In this document: positions 4,981 through 5,002 of the stretch, piece after piece
Layout of the letters: each line of letters starts with the position of its first letter
How positions within the stretch are numbered: the stretch's first letter is position 1
Made by a program: the position numbers and the translations under genes
Notes under the pieces: generated by a model
The model's database searches: none
Told to the model about the DNA's origin: nothing
Seen by the model: the letters and a program-made list of their open reading frames with translations, nothing else
From: a virus
Lineage: Duplodnaviria; Heunggongvirae; Uroviricota; Caudoviricetes
Strand: one strand, 5' to 3'
IMG/VR virus record: IMGVR_UViG_2675903396_000008
DNA: 5,002 nt

Positions 4981-5002
4981 ATGGGTAAAAAATGCCCGAA
5001 TG
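4981..5002 (+). CDS. 5' end of the next gene (MGKKCPN...), truncated by the window; alternative in-frame start at 4927
   Basis: ATG at 4981 follows GGAGGGG at 4968-4974. ATG at 4927 is in frame with GGAGG at 4911-4915, but that reading passes through the hairpin. Too short to identify. Confidence 0.2.

Noticed and set aside
1-5002. CRISPR array or other regularly spaced direct repeats
   Set aside because: No repeat-spacer periodicity was seen; the only recurring motifs are the terminator hairpins and the two related GC hairpins near the 3' end.

Overview
This window reads as the nin-to-Q late-regulatory region of a lambdoid prophage from an Escherichia-like enterobacterium, with all credible genes on the + strand. 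In order: an HTH-containing phage protein (10-402); a DUF551-like protein (459-1043); two tandem micro-ORFs encoding hydrophobic peptides of 27 and 34 aa (1040-1123, 1159-1263); a Mok/Hok type I toxin locus with its own terminator and a candidate antisense Sok promoter (about 1300-1754); an AT-rich spacer and a small Rem-like ORF (1901-2152); a translationally coupled DUF1367 / DUF1364 (YbcO-like) / antiterminator Q block (2224-3664); a tR'-like terminator; three tRNA genes (Ile2-CAU, Arg-UCG, Arg-UCU; 3804-4055); and a TerB-like gene with a membrane C-terminus, broken by a 57-nt N-run (4225-4789), sitting where Stx phages carry stx. The window ends in a hairpin-rich non-coding stretch and the first codons of another gene. 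All family assignments are from reading the translations and from memory of known families; no database search was run. The most noteworthy items are the apparently intact Mok/Hok module, the two micro-ORFs, the perfect 22-bp palindrome at 1272-1293 and the TerB-like cargo gene.
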